Below the pieces are notes generated by a model. That model was not told where the DNA came from and did not search any database. It saw only the letters and a list, made by a program, of their open reading frames with translations. A DNA stretch of 64,000 nucleotides from a virus. The DNA is taken from positions 1 through 64,000 of the IMG/VR virus record IMGVR_UViG_3300033146_005170; one strand, 5' to 3'. The position numbers were made by a program, and so were the translations under genes. Below, in pieces: positions 10,261-20,537 of this stretch (within the stretch, counting starts at the first letter, position 1; every line of letters starts with the position of its first letter).

Positions 10261-12116
10261 TGGGTAATGTATATGAGTTGATTTTCTTGAGCTTTTAAAA
10301 TTTCCAAGAGTAATTTTTCTCTTGTACTATCAAAACTAGCAGCCACTTCATCTAAGATTAAAGTTCTAAAACTGCCAAGTCTAGATATTTGAGCTAAACT
10401 TAGTCTAAGAGCTAGACTAATAGAGTCTTGTTCTGAACCACTAAAGTATTCAAAATCTTCAATACCATAGTCACTGTTTATTTTTACCTTTTCATATTTA
10501 CCTTCTGAAAGGTAATTAACTATATTAGAAACATTTTTCTCTAATAGAGGTATAACATTTTGTCCAAAAGCTTTTCTATAATTATCTATAAACTTAAGAA
10601 AATTTTTAAGGCTATTATACTTAGTCTCTTGAAGCTTAAGTTTAAGTTCTAATCTTTCTGACTCTTTTTTTAGTCTTTTATAGGACTCGTGTGCTTCTTG
10701 AATTGCAGTTAGATGATTAGCCTCTCTCTTATAAGGCTCTATATCTATTTCTTCTGGAGCTTCTAAATTTTGAATTTTTTGCTTGATGTTTACTTGTTTT
10801 CTAATTTCTATAATATTTTTTAAAGGCTTAGCTTCTAATAGAGCATTTGGAACTTTATTATTTAATTCTAAATATCTATTATAAGTATCTTTATATCTTA
10901 ATGATATTAAGGCCTCCTCTATTTCAAGTAAACTTAGAGAAGGCTTTGTTATGCTATTTAGCTCTTGAACCAATTCATAAGCTTTATTTCTAGCTAAAGC
11001 TGCTTGATATTTTTCTTGAGATATTTCCATACTCTTTTTAAATTGATCTATGCTTTTTGGAGGTTTCTTAGGCCAAGGCTGTTCACAAGTTGGACAAGTA
11101 GCTGGTACACTCTTCCAAGTATTATAGAGTCTTTTTGCAGTGACTGTATCTTCATAAAGAAGTTTTAAGTTATCTTCTTTTTTTGGCTCAACATTTAGTT
11201 TTTCTAACTCTTTTTTAATATTTTGTATATTTTTATGAGTTATCTTGAGATTCATTAAGTCTTCTATTTGCATTGTGAAATACTCTGGCAATACTTTTAT
11301 ATCTTTTAATTTTTTCCTTAAAGTTAATTTTTCATTGATTAGATCATTTGTAGCTTTGATTTGGCTATTGTAAGCTATCTTTTCTTCATGTTCTTTTTCC
11401 TCTTGCTCAAGATCATAGTCAATGCCATGCCATTGTCTAATCAAAAGTCTATCTTTTTGATAAGCTTCTAGTTTAGTTTTATAAGCTCCATATTCTATTA
11501 GCTTATTTTCTAATTTTGCTTTGGCTAATTTTAATTGCTCAGATACATCTTCTATAGGCTTACCTAGATTAATAGAGCTTAAAGAATTCTTAGTATCTTC
11601 TAATAAACCTATTTCAAGTCTTAGAGCTATTTTAACTTCATCTTTAATAGCATCTAACTTATCTATTCTAAGAATTTTCTCTACTCTTTTTGTTCGCTCT
11701 AAAGGAGACAAGGCAGCGAAACTTCCTATTTCTTTTTGACCTATAAAAAAAGAAGTTTTAAATAACTCAGGAGTTAAACCATAGTGTTCAGTAACCCATT
11801 CAGATATACCTGTTTTATTTCTAGCAAGGATATTTCCAGTACTAAGATCTGTAACTAAAGCTAATTTATTGGTTCTTTCTATAACAAAATTATCAAGGTA
11901 TAGCTTTACTCCACCATCAGTTTGACCTTTTCTAATCCAATCTCTAGCTTTACCTCTAGTCATGGCTGTACCAAATAGTGCAAAGCCTATAGCCTCTACA
12001 ATAGTTGTTTTTCCTGTACCATTTCTGGCTTGGATTAAATTAAATCCAGGATCAAATTCAATTAACTTATAGTTAAAAAGTCTATAGTTAACAAGTTCAA
12101 GCTTTAATAAATTCAT
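10245..12116 (-). CDS. sbcC: SbcC/Rad50-like SMC ATPase (recombination exonuclease subunit)
   Basis: Walker A ARNGTGKTT, coiled coil with CPTC zinc hook, signature FSGSE, Walker B LILDE, ITH. Confidence 0.93.
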   Translation of the reverse strand: MNLLKLELVNYRLFNYKLIEFDPGFNLIQARNGTGKTTIVEAIGFALFGTAMTRGKARDWIRKGQTDGGVKLYLDNFVIERTNKLALVTDLSTGNILARNKTGISEWVTEHYGLTPELFKTSFFIGQKEIGSFAALSPLERTKRVEKILRIDKLDAIKDEVKIALRLEIGLLEDTKNSLSSINLGKPIEDVSEQLKLAKAKLENKLIEYGAYKTKLEAYQKDRLLIRQWHGIDYDLEQEEKEHEEKIAYNSQIKATNDLINEKLTLRKKLKDIKVLPEYFTMQIEDLMNLKITHKNIQNIKKELEKLNVEPKKEDNLKLLYEDTVTAKRLYNTWKSVPATCPTCEQPWPKKPPKSIDQFKKSMEISQEKYQAALARNKAYELVQELNSITKPSLSLLEIEEALISLRYKDTYNRYLELNNKVPNALLEAKPLKNIIEIRKQVNIKQKIQNLEAPEEIDIEPYKREANHLTAIQEAHESYKRLKKESERLELKLKLQETKYNSLKNFLKFIDNYRKAFGQNVIPLLEKNVSNIVNYLSEGKYEKVKINSDYGIEDFEYFSGSEQDSISLALRLSLAQISRLGSFRTLILDEVAASFDSTREKLLLEILKAQENQLIYITHGDLN

Positions 12117-12966
12117 CTATTAACTCCTCTGTAAAGCCCTCTTTTAGAGCTGCTTGTTTAAATGAAGCAATTATATCAATATTGATATCTTTTTCTTCAA
12201 GTTTTAAATCTTTAATAGTAACATCTTTAGAAGTCTTTACATAATAGCAATGGCCTTCTAAAAGATTAATAGGCTCTTCATAAAGTAAATGAACTTTATC
12301 AGCTTGAGGTACCTCTTTTAGGGTATTATTAATAACATAATAACGTTTGCCTATTTGATTTATAGCTTGAGGTACAACACTGCCTAGATGAACAAAATTT
12401 TTAGATATTGAGGCAGAGTGTTCGTGGCCAGAATAGATTATAATATCTTTTGCAGCTGCTAAGTTATAAAGTTCATCTGTAAAGCTATTGTCATTGTCAT
12501 TATCCCAGTATTTTCTATTGCAGTGGGCTATAATAGTTCCCTTCTCTGGAGTTTTATGAATACATTCTTTCATAGCCTCTAAAAAGAGCTGTTGTGTATC
12601 TTGCCAAGCTACTATAGAAAAATTTTCTCCTATATAGCTTTGATTTGCTTTAATTAGAAATATGTACTCTAAAATTTCAAGTCTAGAAAAGGCAGTGTCT
12701 TTTTTTAACATTGGAATATCATGATTTCCTGCAACTATATAAACTAAAGGCACACGAGTTGTAACTGAAATTAACTTCATTAAATCTAAAGCCGTCGGTT
12801 CTGAACTATCAAAAACGTCACCGGCGAGTATTAGTTCTGTAGGATCTTCTTTTTGAAGTAATTCTTCCAGTATTTTTAGAGCTGCGTTATCCCAGATAGT
12901 AGGATCTCCATAAGTAGTTCTATGTTTTTTTCCTATATGAAGATCCCCAATTATCATTGTTTTCAT
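12097..12966 (-). CDS. sbcD: SbcD/Mre11-like metallophosphoesterase nuclease
   Basis: GDLHIG, AGDVFD, AGNHD and SGHEH motifs; adjacent to SbcC; ATG 12966 preferred over 12987. Confidence 0.92.
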   Translation of the reverse strand: MKTMIIGDLHIGKKHRTTYGDPTIWDNAALKILEELLQKEDPTELILAGDVFDSSEPTALDLMKLISVTTRVPLVYIVAGNHDIPMLKKDTAFSRLEILEYIFLIKANQSYIGENFSIVAWQDTQQLFLEAMKECIHKTPEKGTIIAHCNRKYWDNDNDNSFTDELYNLAAAKDIIIYSGHEHSASISKNFVHLGSVVPQAINQIGKRYYVINNTLKEVPQADKVHLLYEEPINLLEGHCYYVKTSKDVTIKDLKLEEKDINIDIIASFKQAALKEGFTEELIDEFIKA

Positions 12967-13058
12967 TTTATGTCCCTTCTGAACCAAATAAATTGTAAAA
13001 TGGCATTAAAGATACTTGCTAGAGCGCCTAGTACTAAAAATGAGTAGACTACTGTCAT
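12963..13058 (-). CDS. 31-aa single-TM peptide (not in ORF track)
   Basis: MTVVYSFLVLGALASIFNAILQFIWFRRDIK; ATGA overlaps at both ends. Confidence 0.5.
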   Translation of the reverse strand: MTVVYSFLVLGALASIFNAILQFIWFRRDIK

Positions 13059-13510
13059 ACTTGCCACCATTTATATTCTTTACATTGTTTATAAAACTGA
13101 AGTTCTTCCCAACGCCAGCTAGCTTTTTTACTTTTTGCTTTAGCTAAAACTTCACTAAAAGGTACAAAATAAAATTCATTAGTAGGAATTCTATGAATAA
13201 TAAATATAGATTTTGCACCTGCAAAAGACCATCTTTGAGCATGTCCAATTTGTTTACTAGAAATATTTTTTAATGGAAATCTAGCTACATCATTTGAAGA
13301 TTTAATTTCTACAAGATAAGTTTGTCCATTATAGATCGCTAAGCGATCTGAAGGCTGATTAGTAACCAAATTTCTAGCTGCATGGGTATCTATAAATTTA
13401 TAAAAGACAAATGACTTTGTCAATGCCATTTCTTCTTTGTATAAGTTATCAAAGATTTTCTCAGTGTCTTTACCATCGTTTCTCATAGATTTCCTCCTGA
13501 TAGATCCCAT
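13055..13510 (-). CDS. recU: RecU-like Holliday junction resolvase (PD-(D/E)XK)
   Basis: GKDTE...PSD...LVEIKS...FPLKNISSKQI...FIIH pattern. Confidence 0.8.
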   Translation of the reverse strand: MGSIRRKSMRNDGKDTEKIFDNLYKEEMALTKSFVFYKFIDTHAARNLVTNQPSDRLAIYNGQTYLVEIKSSNDVARFPLKNISSKQIGHAQRWSFAGAKSIFIIHRIPTNEFYFVPFSEVLAKAKSKKASWRWEELQFYKQCKEYKWWQV

Positions 13511-13871
13511 TAAAATGAATTACAGTGATAAGAGCATAGCCCCTAAAGAACTTTTCTGGTAACTTTACACCCTCAATGTCAAAATAAGTTCTATGAATTA
13601 TTAAAATTTCAGGTCTAAATTGCATCAAAGATTTAACCCCTCCAAAATGAATATCTGTAGTTCTTTTTGGATAGATAAAATGCCAAGCTTTTGGAAGAGC
13701 TATAAGCTGTTTATAGTTCTTAATAGTCTCCCAAGTACGCTTACCTACAAATACATTTTGATCTTTAATAAGATTTCTTAGCCATTTTTTATCTTCAGGA
13801 GGTCCCCAAGCAACGCTACCATCATAACTAGCATAGCAGTTATTTTTTGATAAAAGTAATACTCCAAGCAT
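13470..13871 (-). CDS. folA: Dihydrofolate reductase, divergent
   Basis: DGSVAWGPPEDKKW, VFVGKRTWETI and HFGG match DHFR motifs. Confidence 0.8.
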   Translation of the reverse strand: MLGVLLLSKNNCYASYDGSVAWGPPEDKKWLRNLIKDQNVFVGKRTWETIKNYKQLIALPKAWHFIYPKRTTDIHFGGVKSLMQFRPEILIIHRTYFDIEGVKLPEKFFRGYALITVIHFNGIYQEEIYEKRW

Positions 13872-13874
13872 CTG

Positions 13875-14042
13875 TTAATCCTCAAAGATAAATACTACTG
13901 GTATAATTAAGGTTACAGTCAAAATAGCAAAGAAAAATCTTATAAAGCCTACACCTTCTAAATCCATTTTATCATAGTGAGCAGTTAGAAAAGCACCAGT
14001 AAGTAATAGTCCTACCGCTAAATAGCCAATAACAAATATCAT
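13875..14042 (-). CDS. 55-aa two-TM membrane protein (not in ORF track)
   Basis: MIFVIGYLAVGLLLTGAFL...FFFAILTVTLIIPVVFIFED; fills the intergenic gap. Confidence 0.55.
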   Translation of the reverse strand: MIFVIGYLAVGLLLTGAFLTAHYDKMDLEGVGFIRFFFAILTVTLIIPVVFIFED

Positions 14043-14347
14043 TTTTTATTCCTTTTAGGTAAATTTATGTGATATTTCACAGTTAAGTAGTAACAAATAT
14101 CATCATATTGTTGCTGCTGCTCTGTAGTTAATTTTTTTCTTATATAATAAACTTTCCAGAGCTCTACTACTTGATCTTTAGTCTTAGTTTCCAAGAGATC
14201 TATAGTTTTAGATTTTCTAGTGACAGTTCCTAATTTTCTTCTTGTAGTTTTAAAATTGAAAGAAATAGGTTTTGTCTTCTTTTCTTTTTCTTTTCTCTCT
14301 TTTCTTATGGCTTTCATAGTAAAGCCTACTTTGAGTCCTTCTAGCAT
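14039..14347 (-). CDS. Basic hypothetical protein
   Basis: 102-aa ORF in operon. Confidence 0.55.
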   Translation of the reverse strand: MLEGLKVGFTMKAIRKERKEKEKKTKPISFNFKTTRRKLGTVTRKSKTIDLLETKTKDQVVELWKVYYIRKKLTTEQQQQYDDICYYLTVKYHINLPKRNKK

Positions 14348-14740
14348 CTAAAATTCCTTTACTTCTACGAGATCTCCTAAAGAAATTAGACTAGACCAAT
14401 TTTCTTCAAGATCTATTTCCTGACGAAAAGCTTTAAATAGAGTAACTCGATCTATCTTTTCTGTGATATTATATTTTTTAGTAAGATAGCTAGCTATCAA
14501 GGCTCCATTAAAAATTTTTAAATTACTAGTTATGAGTAAATTAAGCTCTCCTTTCCTATAAGATTCAAAAGCATACTTACCGTAATGATCATAGCCTTCG
14601 CTCTTTTCATAGCCATCACTTAGCAATTTATCATTAGTTTCTTGTAAATCACTAACTAAAGCTATTATATCATCATCCGTATTTAAAATAGGTGGATTAA
14701 GTAAATTTCGACTACCAGATTTAAAAGCTTTTATAAACAT
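14348..14740 (-). CDS. Minimal nucleotidyltransferase-like protein (pol-beta superfamily motif)
   Basis: N-terminal GSR...NPP..NTDDD resembles the GS/DxD motif. Confidence 0.45.
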   Translation of the reverse strand: MFIKAFKSGSRNLLNPPILNTDDDIIALVSDLQETNDKLLSDGYEKSEGYDHYGKYAFESYRKGELNLLITSNLKIFNGALIASYLTKKYNITEKIDRVTLFKAFRQEIDLEENWSSLISLGDLVEVKEF

Positions 14741-15135
14741 TGCTCTACCTCCATATATTGTGAGAGGTATTCTAGTACCTCTTCATATTCTTCTTTCACT
14801 GCTCCATATACCAATTTTGCTGGCTTATGGCCAATAATATTCTTTGCACATTCCCAGCAAGGAGCTAAAGTAACATAAAAAGTTGAACCTTTTGTTTGTC
14901 TAACTGATACTTGGCGAATAGCATTCATTTCAGCATGATGAACTCGCCAGTGCTCAGTATTTCCATCCTCATCCTCACATCTATTGCTATCGCCTTCGAT
15001 AGTGCCATTTACGCCCATAGAAATAAGTCTTTTATCTTTAACTATTAGACAAGCTACTTGAGCTTTTTTACAAGAAGATTGTGTAGCAGCGAGTTCTGCA
15101 AAAGTTATCCAAAAATCATCTCCCCATCTACTCAT
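14731..15135 (-). CDS. dCMP deaminase
   Basis: HAEMNAI and PCWEC zinc-deaminase motifs; SSC...VAC.IV...GVNG. Confidence 0.93.
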   Translation of the reverse strand: MSRWGDDFWITFAELAATQSSCKKAQVACLIVKDKRLISMGVNGTIEGDSNRCEDEDGNTEHWRVHHAEMNAIRQVSVRQTKGSTFYVTLAPCWECAKNIIGHKPAKLVYGAVKEEYEEVLEYLSQYMEVEQCL

Positions 15136-15959
15136 GTTACAACCTTCACTCTAAAAATAGCCTCTGGTTTAACTTTGTATTCAGGAACTTTTATACTATC
15201 AATAAAATCATCCTTGTCTTTTCTAACTTTTTTAATAGTCCATTCAGGGTCTATTTCTACTCTATAAGTACTAGGCTTAGCAGACCTTTTCATATACTCA
15301 ACAACTGCATCATATTGGTTTTCATAAACATGAAGATGGGCTATAGAATAAAAAAGTTCTCCTACACCTACTTTTAAAGTATTAGCTAAAAGGTTACTTA
15401 AAATAGTGTACATCATAATATCATAAGGTAAGCCTAAATAGGCATCATTACTTCGCAAAGTTAAATGGCAATTAAGCTGGCCTTCTATGATATTAAATAC
15501 AGCTGTATAAGGACAAGGTACATTTTTATGTTGAAATACTAAGTCTGATGGATGCCAAGACATTAAAACTTGTTGTCTTGATGAAGGATCTCTACTTAGA
15601 TTTAGTAAAATCTGATTAATCTGATTAAAACCATAAGCTGTAGCCCATCTATAACCATAAGCTCCTTTAACTATACCTGGAGAGTCTTCAAAAGCTTTCC
15701 AAATACTAGTGTATCTATTAATCCATTCAGTTTCTTGAGTTCCAGATAAAAACCAAGTAACCTCAGCAGCTCCAGTTCTAGGATACATTTTTCTAATGTT
15801 TGACAATGGCCAATAGTTCATATTCCATCTAAAAGCATAACCATGTGCAGCTGTTATGCTTGAATTAGTTCTTTGGTTTTTTTGAACCTTTCCATGTTTG
15901 CTAAGATACCTAAATACCTTTCTATGAAGATAGTCAAAATTATTTTCCAGCTGAAACAT
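15132..15959 (-). CDS. Thymidylate-synthase-family enzyme carrying the dCMP-type Asp (possible dCMP methylase/hydroxymethylase)
   Basis: AAEVTWFLSG, AYGYRW, DPSSR, catalytic PC, RSNDAYLGLPYD, HVY. Confidence 0.9.
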   Translation of the reverse strand: MFQLENNFDYLHRKVFRYLSKHGKVQKNQRTNSSITAAHGYAFRWNMNYWPLSNIRKMYPRTGAAEVTWFLSGTQETEWINRYTSIWKAFEDSPGIVKGAYGYRWATAYGFNQINQILLNLSRDPSSRQQVLMSWHPSDLVFQHKNVPCPYTAVFNIIEGQLNCHLTLRSNDAYLGLPYDIMMYTILSNLLANTLKVGVGELFYSIAHLHVYENQYDAVVEYMKRSAKPSTYRVEIDPEWTIKKVRKDKDDFIDSIKVPEYKVKPEAIFRVKVVT

Positions 15960-17859
15960 CTAAAGCCCTTTCTATATTTTTAGGAGAAAAATCTCCTTTA
16001 AGTTCAATTTGATCTGCAAAATTAATACCTATACTAGCTTCAGCTATTAGTGGTACTGAAAAGCCTCTAGGAGTTCTTTCCATTATTTCAACTGCTTGTT
16101 TTATAAGCTCTGAAGCTTTTTCTTTCTTACAAGACCATACAAATTCATCGTGTACAGGAGCAATAAATTTATAATCTTCGTGAAATAAAAGATTTGATTC
16201 ATCTAGAGATAGCATACTAAGTTTCATAAGCTCACCAGCTGAGCCTTGAATAGTAAAATTTAGACCTTGATTTTCTGCTGATTTTGCTAGAGCTTTTATA
16301 GGACTGGCTATATCTGGTAAACGTCTTCTTCTACCAAAGATAGTAAGAACATATTTATTAGTCTTTAAAAAAGCCATAATCTTATTTACATAGTCATAAA
16401 AATAGCCTTTATAACCTAGTTTATGTGCAGCTAGAAAATTTTCAGCCTCAGCTTCACTACAGTTTAGTAAATCAAATTTACTTAATCTAGCAGCTCCAGC
16501 TAAATAAAGAGCAGCGAAGTTTAGAGTTTTACCCTTTTGACGATTAGCTTTCTGCTCTTTATCACCTTTGTTTATTAGCTCTTTCATTTTATCATAGTCT
16601 AAACCACTAATATTGGTTCCAGATAAAGTGTGCATATCTTTTTTGGTACGATAACCATCTATTAACTTAGGATCTTGAGAAACATGAGCAGCTATACGCA
16701 TTTCTATCTGTGACCAGTCAATAGAAACAATACAGTCGTGATTAAATTTTGAAAAAGGTACTATTACTTTTCTTACTTTAACACCCTCACCTCTTTTACT
16801 TAATTGTTGAAGATTTGGTGCTTGCATAGAAAATCGACCTGTCACTGTACCTGTTTGTCTAATTTGTGAATGAATTTTACCATCAGGGTATATTAACTTT
16901 GGATAAGGCTTATAATAAAGCTTAAGTCTAGTTTCAACTTTTCTAATTTCACTAAAAGCCTTAATGACCTTATGAGTTTCGCCATATTTAGCTTCAAGTT
17001 CAAATAGTGACTCTTTATCTGTACTAGGAACACCAGTCTTTTTAGACACTTTATGTGGCTGTAGACCTAAATCTTTAAATAAAAATTTAGAGACTTGAGC
17101 TGGACTATTAAGATTAATATTAGCCAATTCAGGAAATTCATCCAATAACCTATTCTTAATCTCAATATCTTCAGCTTGAATTTTATCAAGCATGGCTAAA
17201 TCAACTTGTTGGCCTTGGCGATAGTGCTTAGCAACAATTTTGATTAAATCCATTTCAAATAATCTATAATAATCCATATTAACATAGTCTAGATAAAATT
17301 TATAAAGCTTTAAAGTCCAAATAGTATCAGACATACCATAATCAAAACCTTCTTCTGCAGTTATGTCTTTCATAGTTCCATTGCCAACGGTTTCAGCATA
17401 TGAAGGCATAACATGACCAAAAAGCCTTTTTACACTAGGTTTTAAACCTTGGGCATTATTTTCATTTGCTAAGACTCCCATAATCATGGTATCAAGAAGT
17501 TCTCCTTTAAAGTCATAGCCATGGTTTAAAAAAATGCCATATTCAAAAGCCAAGTTATGTCCTACCATTTGTTTACAATCTTTTAAGATCTTAGGTAAAT
17601 AGTCATAACTTAATCTTAAGTCTTCTCCCTCTTGTTTATGATTAAAATCAAAATAAAATTCTAAGCCATCTTCTAAGTACAGCTGTAGAGATACCATTTT
17701 AGACTCTAGTTGATTAAGAGGTCTTTGTTTAGGCGAAAGATCCATAAACCAAGCATTTTCATAAGGATTATAGGTCTCTATATCAACAGAGTAAAGAGTC
17801 TCTTTAGAATTCTCCAAGGCTTTTAAAGCCTCATTAATATTTGTTTTATTTATAATCAT
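15940..17859 (-). CDS. polA: Family A DNA polymerase with 3'-5' exonuclease
   Basis: DIET, HNLAFE, TGRFS..PNLQQ, motif A DWSQIEMR, motif B KTLNFAALY, motif C VHDE. Confidence 0.96.
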   Translation of the reverse strand: MIINKTNINEALKALENSKETLYSVDIETYNPYENAWFMDLSPKQRPLNQLESKMVSLQLYLEDGLEFYFDFNHKQEGEDLRLSYDYLPKILKDCKQMVGHNLAFEYGIFLNHGYDFKGELLDTMIMGVLANENNAQGLKPSVKRLFGHVMPSYAETVGNGTMKDITAEEGFDYGMSDTIWTLKLYKFYLDYVNMDYYRLFEMDLIKIVAKHYRQGQQVDLAMLDKIQAEDIEIKNRLLDEFPELANINLNSPAQVSKFLFKDLGLQPHKVSKKTGVPSTDKESLFELEAKYGETHKVIKAFSEIRKVETRLKLYYKPYPKLIYPDGKIHSQIRQTGTVTGRFSMQAPNLQQLSKRGEGVKVRKVIVPFSKFNHDCIVSIDWSQIEMRIAAHVSQDPKLIDGYRTKKDMHTLSGTNISGLDYDKMKELINKGDKEQKANRQKGKTLNFAALYLAGAARLSKFDLLNCSEAEAENFLAAHKLGYKGYFYDYVNKIMAFLKTNKYVLTIFGRRRRLPDIASPIKALAKSAENQGLNFTIQGSAGELMKLSMLSLDESNLLFHEDYKFIAPVHDEFVWSCKKEKASELIKQAVEIMERTPRGFSVPLIAEASIGINFADQIELKGDFSPKNIERALDVSAGK

Positions 17860-18590
17860 AGCATTATTCCTTTTCTACCGCAGTAAGCTATAATATCTTT
17901 TTTAGCTCCTATACAGGTATCTATTTCTTTAGGCTCTATAGGCGTTGCTAGCTTCCAAGACATACAGGCTTGTTCAGTCATCATTTTAGGATCATAATCA
18001 CAATTTCCAATTGAAAAATGGTGATTGTACAGCTCTCTATCACTAAAAGTTAGCTTATTCCAAGCTGCTTTTCCAAAGCCTTTTTTACCTGGAATTTTAT
18101 CTGAAGGATCTCCAACTAAAGTTTTATATAGATCAATATGTCCTGGTATGCAATTGAATTTAACTCCCACAAGTTCTCTAGTTACTTTAGTGGTGGCATT
18201 TAAAAGAATTTCTACTTCTTTATTTATTAAAGGCCAAAGATCTTTGTCATTAGAGATAACTATATCTCCTTTTTTGGCATTTAGTCTTAGATAATCATCT
18301 GCTTCAGCATCATTTATATAAAGAACTTTATTTTTAGTGTAGCAAAGGGCCATACCAATACAGTTCTTTAAAACCTCAAAATAAACTGGATCTTCACCCA
18401 TATTACGCCCTTTTTTATAGTCAGCAAAAATTTCTCTTCTAGCTTTTCTAGAAGTTGGGGTATCACTAACTAAAGTCATAGGCTCGTGTTTACGTTTTAA
18501 AAGAAGATCATACATAAGTTGATAAGGATTACCTCCTCCATGATAGATTCTTTTAATGTAATTATTTAGATCAATATAAATCATCACCAT
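17856..18590 (-). CDS. 5'-3' exonuclease / flap endonuclease
   Basis: YKKGR, EADD, SNDKDL, LVGDPSDKIPG. Confidence 0.92.
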   Translation of the reverse strand: MVMIYIDLNNYIKRIYHGGGNPYQLMYDLLLKRKHEPMTLVSDTPTSRKARREIFADYKKGRNMGEDPVYFEVLKNCIGMALCYTKNKVLYINDAEADDYLRLNAKKGDIVISNDKDLWPLINKEVEILLNATTKVTRELVGVKFNCIPGHIDLYKTLVGDPSDKIPGKKGFGKAAWNKLTFSDRELYNHHFSIGNCDYDPKMMTEQACMSWKLATPIEPKEIDTCIGAKKDIIAYCGRKGIML

Positions 18591-18861
18591 TCTCCGCTAA
18601 ATAGGCTTCTATATAATCGATATAGTCTTGCCATACTTCTAAATTATTTTTTGGCGTACGAGGATCTACAGTTTCTATCTTATGATAAAAATACTCTAGT
18701 AACGTTTCCAAATCATAAAGATTAGCAAGACCACCTTTAGAAGTAACTACAGAGCCAACAACTGCATCTTGACACTTATGCAATTGTTGTCTAACGCTAC
18801 TTCTACTTTTACCATTTCGTAGTACTATAAAGTCTACTAATGAATTACTTAATGTTGCCAT
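18571..18861 (-). CDS. Hypothetical protein
   Basis: 96-aa ORF in operon. Confidence 0.55.
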   Translation of the reverse strand: MATLSNSLVDFIVLRNGKSRSSVRQQLHKCQDAVVGSVVTSKGGLANLYDLETLLEYFYHKIETVDPRTPKNNLEVWQDYIDYIEAYLAENGDDLY

Positions 18862-19340
18862 TTTAAATCCAACATAGTAATTTTAATCTCTGGCATATTT
18901 GCTTTTACAAAACCAAGAGCGTCATGATAGGCTTCTCTAATTTGATCATATCCATAAGCTTCAAAAGGATCATTTTTATCATACTCTTCAAAAGGAGTAT
19001 TAGTAAGATAGATAATTTCATCTATCTCTGGTTTAACAATACTTTTATAAAGATTAAGAATAATCAAAGGTGGCATATTACCTAGTAAATAGCCTTGATA
19101 AACGAGCATGCTAAGCATACCTCTATCAGCAATCAACTGTATAGGATTTTTTCTCCAGTCTTGCCAAAACTGCATTTCATTGGCAAAGAATAAAAAAGTA
19201 GCTGCTGTACCTTCTATATTAGACTTAAGTAATAAGTCTCTAAAAACCCCATTTGGTAAATGTAATTTTTCTAAATTAGAGTTATTAACAAGAGTGGTTT
19301 TGCCACATTTATCTGGGCCTTCTACTAAAATTATTCCCAC
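18849..19340 (-). CDS. Thymidylate/dNMP kinase
   Basis: EGPDKCGKTT P-loop; LFFA; IADR..LS..VYQG. Confidence 0.88.
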   Translation of the reverse strand: MGIILVEGPDKCGKTTLVNNSNLEKLHLPNGVFRDLLLKSNIEGTAATFLFFANEMQFWQDWRKNPIQLIADRGMLSMLVYQGYLLGNMPPLIILNLYKSIVKPEIDEIIYLTNTPFEEYDKNDPFEAYGYDQIREAYHDALGFVKANMPEIKITMLDLKWQH

Positions 19341-19527
19341 GAATTTCTCCTTGATAGGTTATACAGTCTAGTGCTAGCAATATGAAAGGATTTTTAGAGC
19401 ACTTAGAACTAAGTGCTCCTTTTCTTATTTTTTCAAGCTTATTATAAGTTTGAGAAAAAAGACCTTGTCTATGTCTATAAACAGCAACGGCTGCTTCTAC
19501 AGCTGAATATGCCATTGCCATTACCAT
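19309..19527 (-). CDS. Hypothetical protein
   Basis: Fills the operon gap. Confidence 0.45.
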   Translation of the reverse strand: MVMAMAYSAVEAAVAVYRHRQGLFSQTYNKLEKIRKGALSSKCSKNPFILLALDCITYQGEIRGNNFSRRPR

Positions 19528-19688
19528 TCTCTTAGAATTTCATCAACTTCATCAGCACTTGTAGCTACAGAGAGTAGATCATGAGCAGCTTCAAGGCCAT
19601 TAATAAGACCAGGTCCCCAAGTTGGATTTTCTCTTTCAATATAATCAAATAGAGCTTCCAAAATTTCAATGCAAGTTATATTATCCAT
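19521..19688 (-). CDS. Small acidic hypothetical protein
   Basis: MDNITCIEIL...; AAGGA RBS upstream of ATG 19688. Confidence 0.5.
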   Translation of the reverse strand: MDNITCIEILEALFDYIERENPTWGPGLINGLEAAHDLLSVATSADEVDEILREW

Positions 19689-19827
19689 TTTTAATCCTTT
19701 TAGCATTAGCTTTACGTCTGGCTTTTTCTTTACGCCTATTTTTCAACTTTCTTGTTCTAATCGATGGCCTAGTAAATACTGAGCCATCTGGTCTTTCTCT
19801 TCTACCTTTACCTTCTAGTTTTTTCAT
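19681..19827 (-). CDS. 48-aa highly basic peptide (not in ORF track)
   Basis: MKKLEGKGRRERPDGSVFTRPSIRTRKLKNRRKEKARRKANAKRIKNG; ATGA overlap with the upstream gene. Confidence 0.55.
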   Translation of the reverse strand: MKKLEGKGRRERPDGSVFTRPSIRTRKLKNRRKEKARRKANAKRIKNG

Positions 19828-20471
19828 ACTATACCTACTTTTTCAAAAGTTGCTTTAGAGTATCTAAAACCTTGTTTTGAAACAGTTCTTTCTACACCAA
19901 TTTTAGTGATAATTTCCGTCATCTTATAGCCTTCTTTAGTCAGCTCTTTAATATAATCTGCAAAGGCAAATTTAGATGCTGGAGACAAAGAAATTTTTGT
20001 AAGCTTTTCGCCTTCATCAGCATAATCCCACTGAAAATAAATTTCATACCTAGCCTGAATTTTCATTTTTTCTGGCTCACCTGCTTTTGCTTTTTCTTCC
20101 ATCAATAGCTCTTGCATTGATCGACCTGCAGTGTCAGTATGACCATCAAAACTTTCAGCAACTAGATTAGAACTTTCATCCCAAAGCTGCCATACAGGCT
20201 TGCCTCCTTCAATTACTACTTCAATTGATGGATGAACACTATTGTCTGTTTTGTTAAGAAGTTCAGACCCATCAAGAATGAAGTAAGGCATAAAAGATGC
20301 AATTGTATCCAAACCTTCGAACTCGGGATTTGCAGCTTGCATAGCTGAGCTTGAAGTAGCTGCTACTGGTGTAGCTGCATTTCCTGTAACCATTACTTCT
20401 GTAGCTGGTTGTTCACTAACTTTTGTCTCTTCTGTTGCATTTACATCCAACTCTCTAATATCTCTAGCCAT
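19824..20471 (-). CDS. Putative ssDNA-binding protein
   Basis: Acidic, beta-rich, has its own promoter and RBS, lies in the replication cluster; function inferred from context. Confidence 0.45.
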   Translation of the reverse strand: MARDIRELDVNATEETKVSEQPATEVMVTGNAATPVAATSSSAMQAANPEFEGLDTIASFMPYFILDGSELLNKTDNSVHPSIEVVIEGGKPVWQLWDESSNLVAESFDGHTDTAGRSMQELLMEEKAKAGEPEKMKIQARYEIYFQWDYADEGEKLTKISLSPASKFAFADYIKELTKEGYKMTEIITKIGVERTVSKQGFRYSKATFEKVGIV

Positions 20472-20537
20472 AACTAATCCTTAAAATAAATTTGTAGTGA
20501 AGTTCGAAAACTTCTCTATCAATTTATTTATAATAAT

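Noticed and set aside
15940-17859. Z-genome (2-aminoadenine) polymerase
   Set aside because: No PurZ or dATPase recognised in the window
19681-19827. Ribosomal protein bS21 homologue
   Set aside because: Only the basic TRPSIRTRK stretch is reminiscent; the N-terminal bS21 pattern is absent
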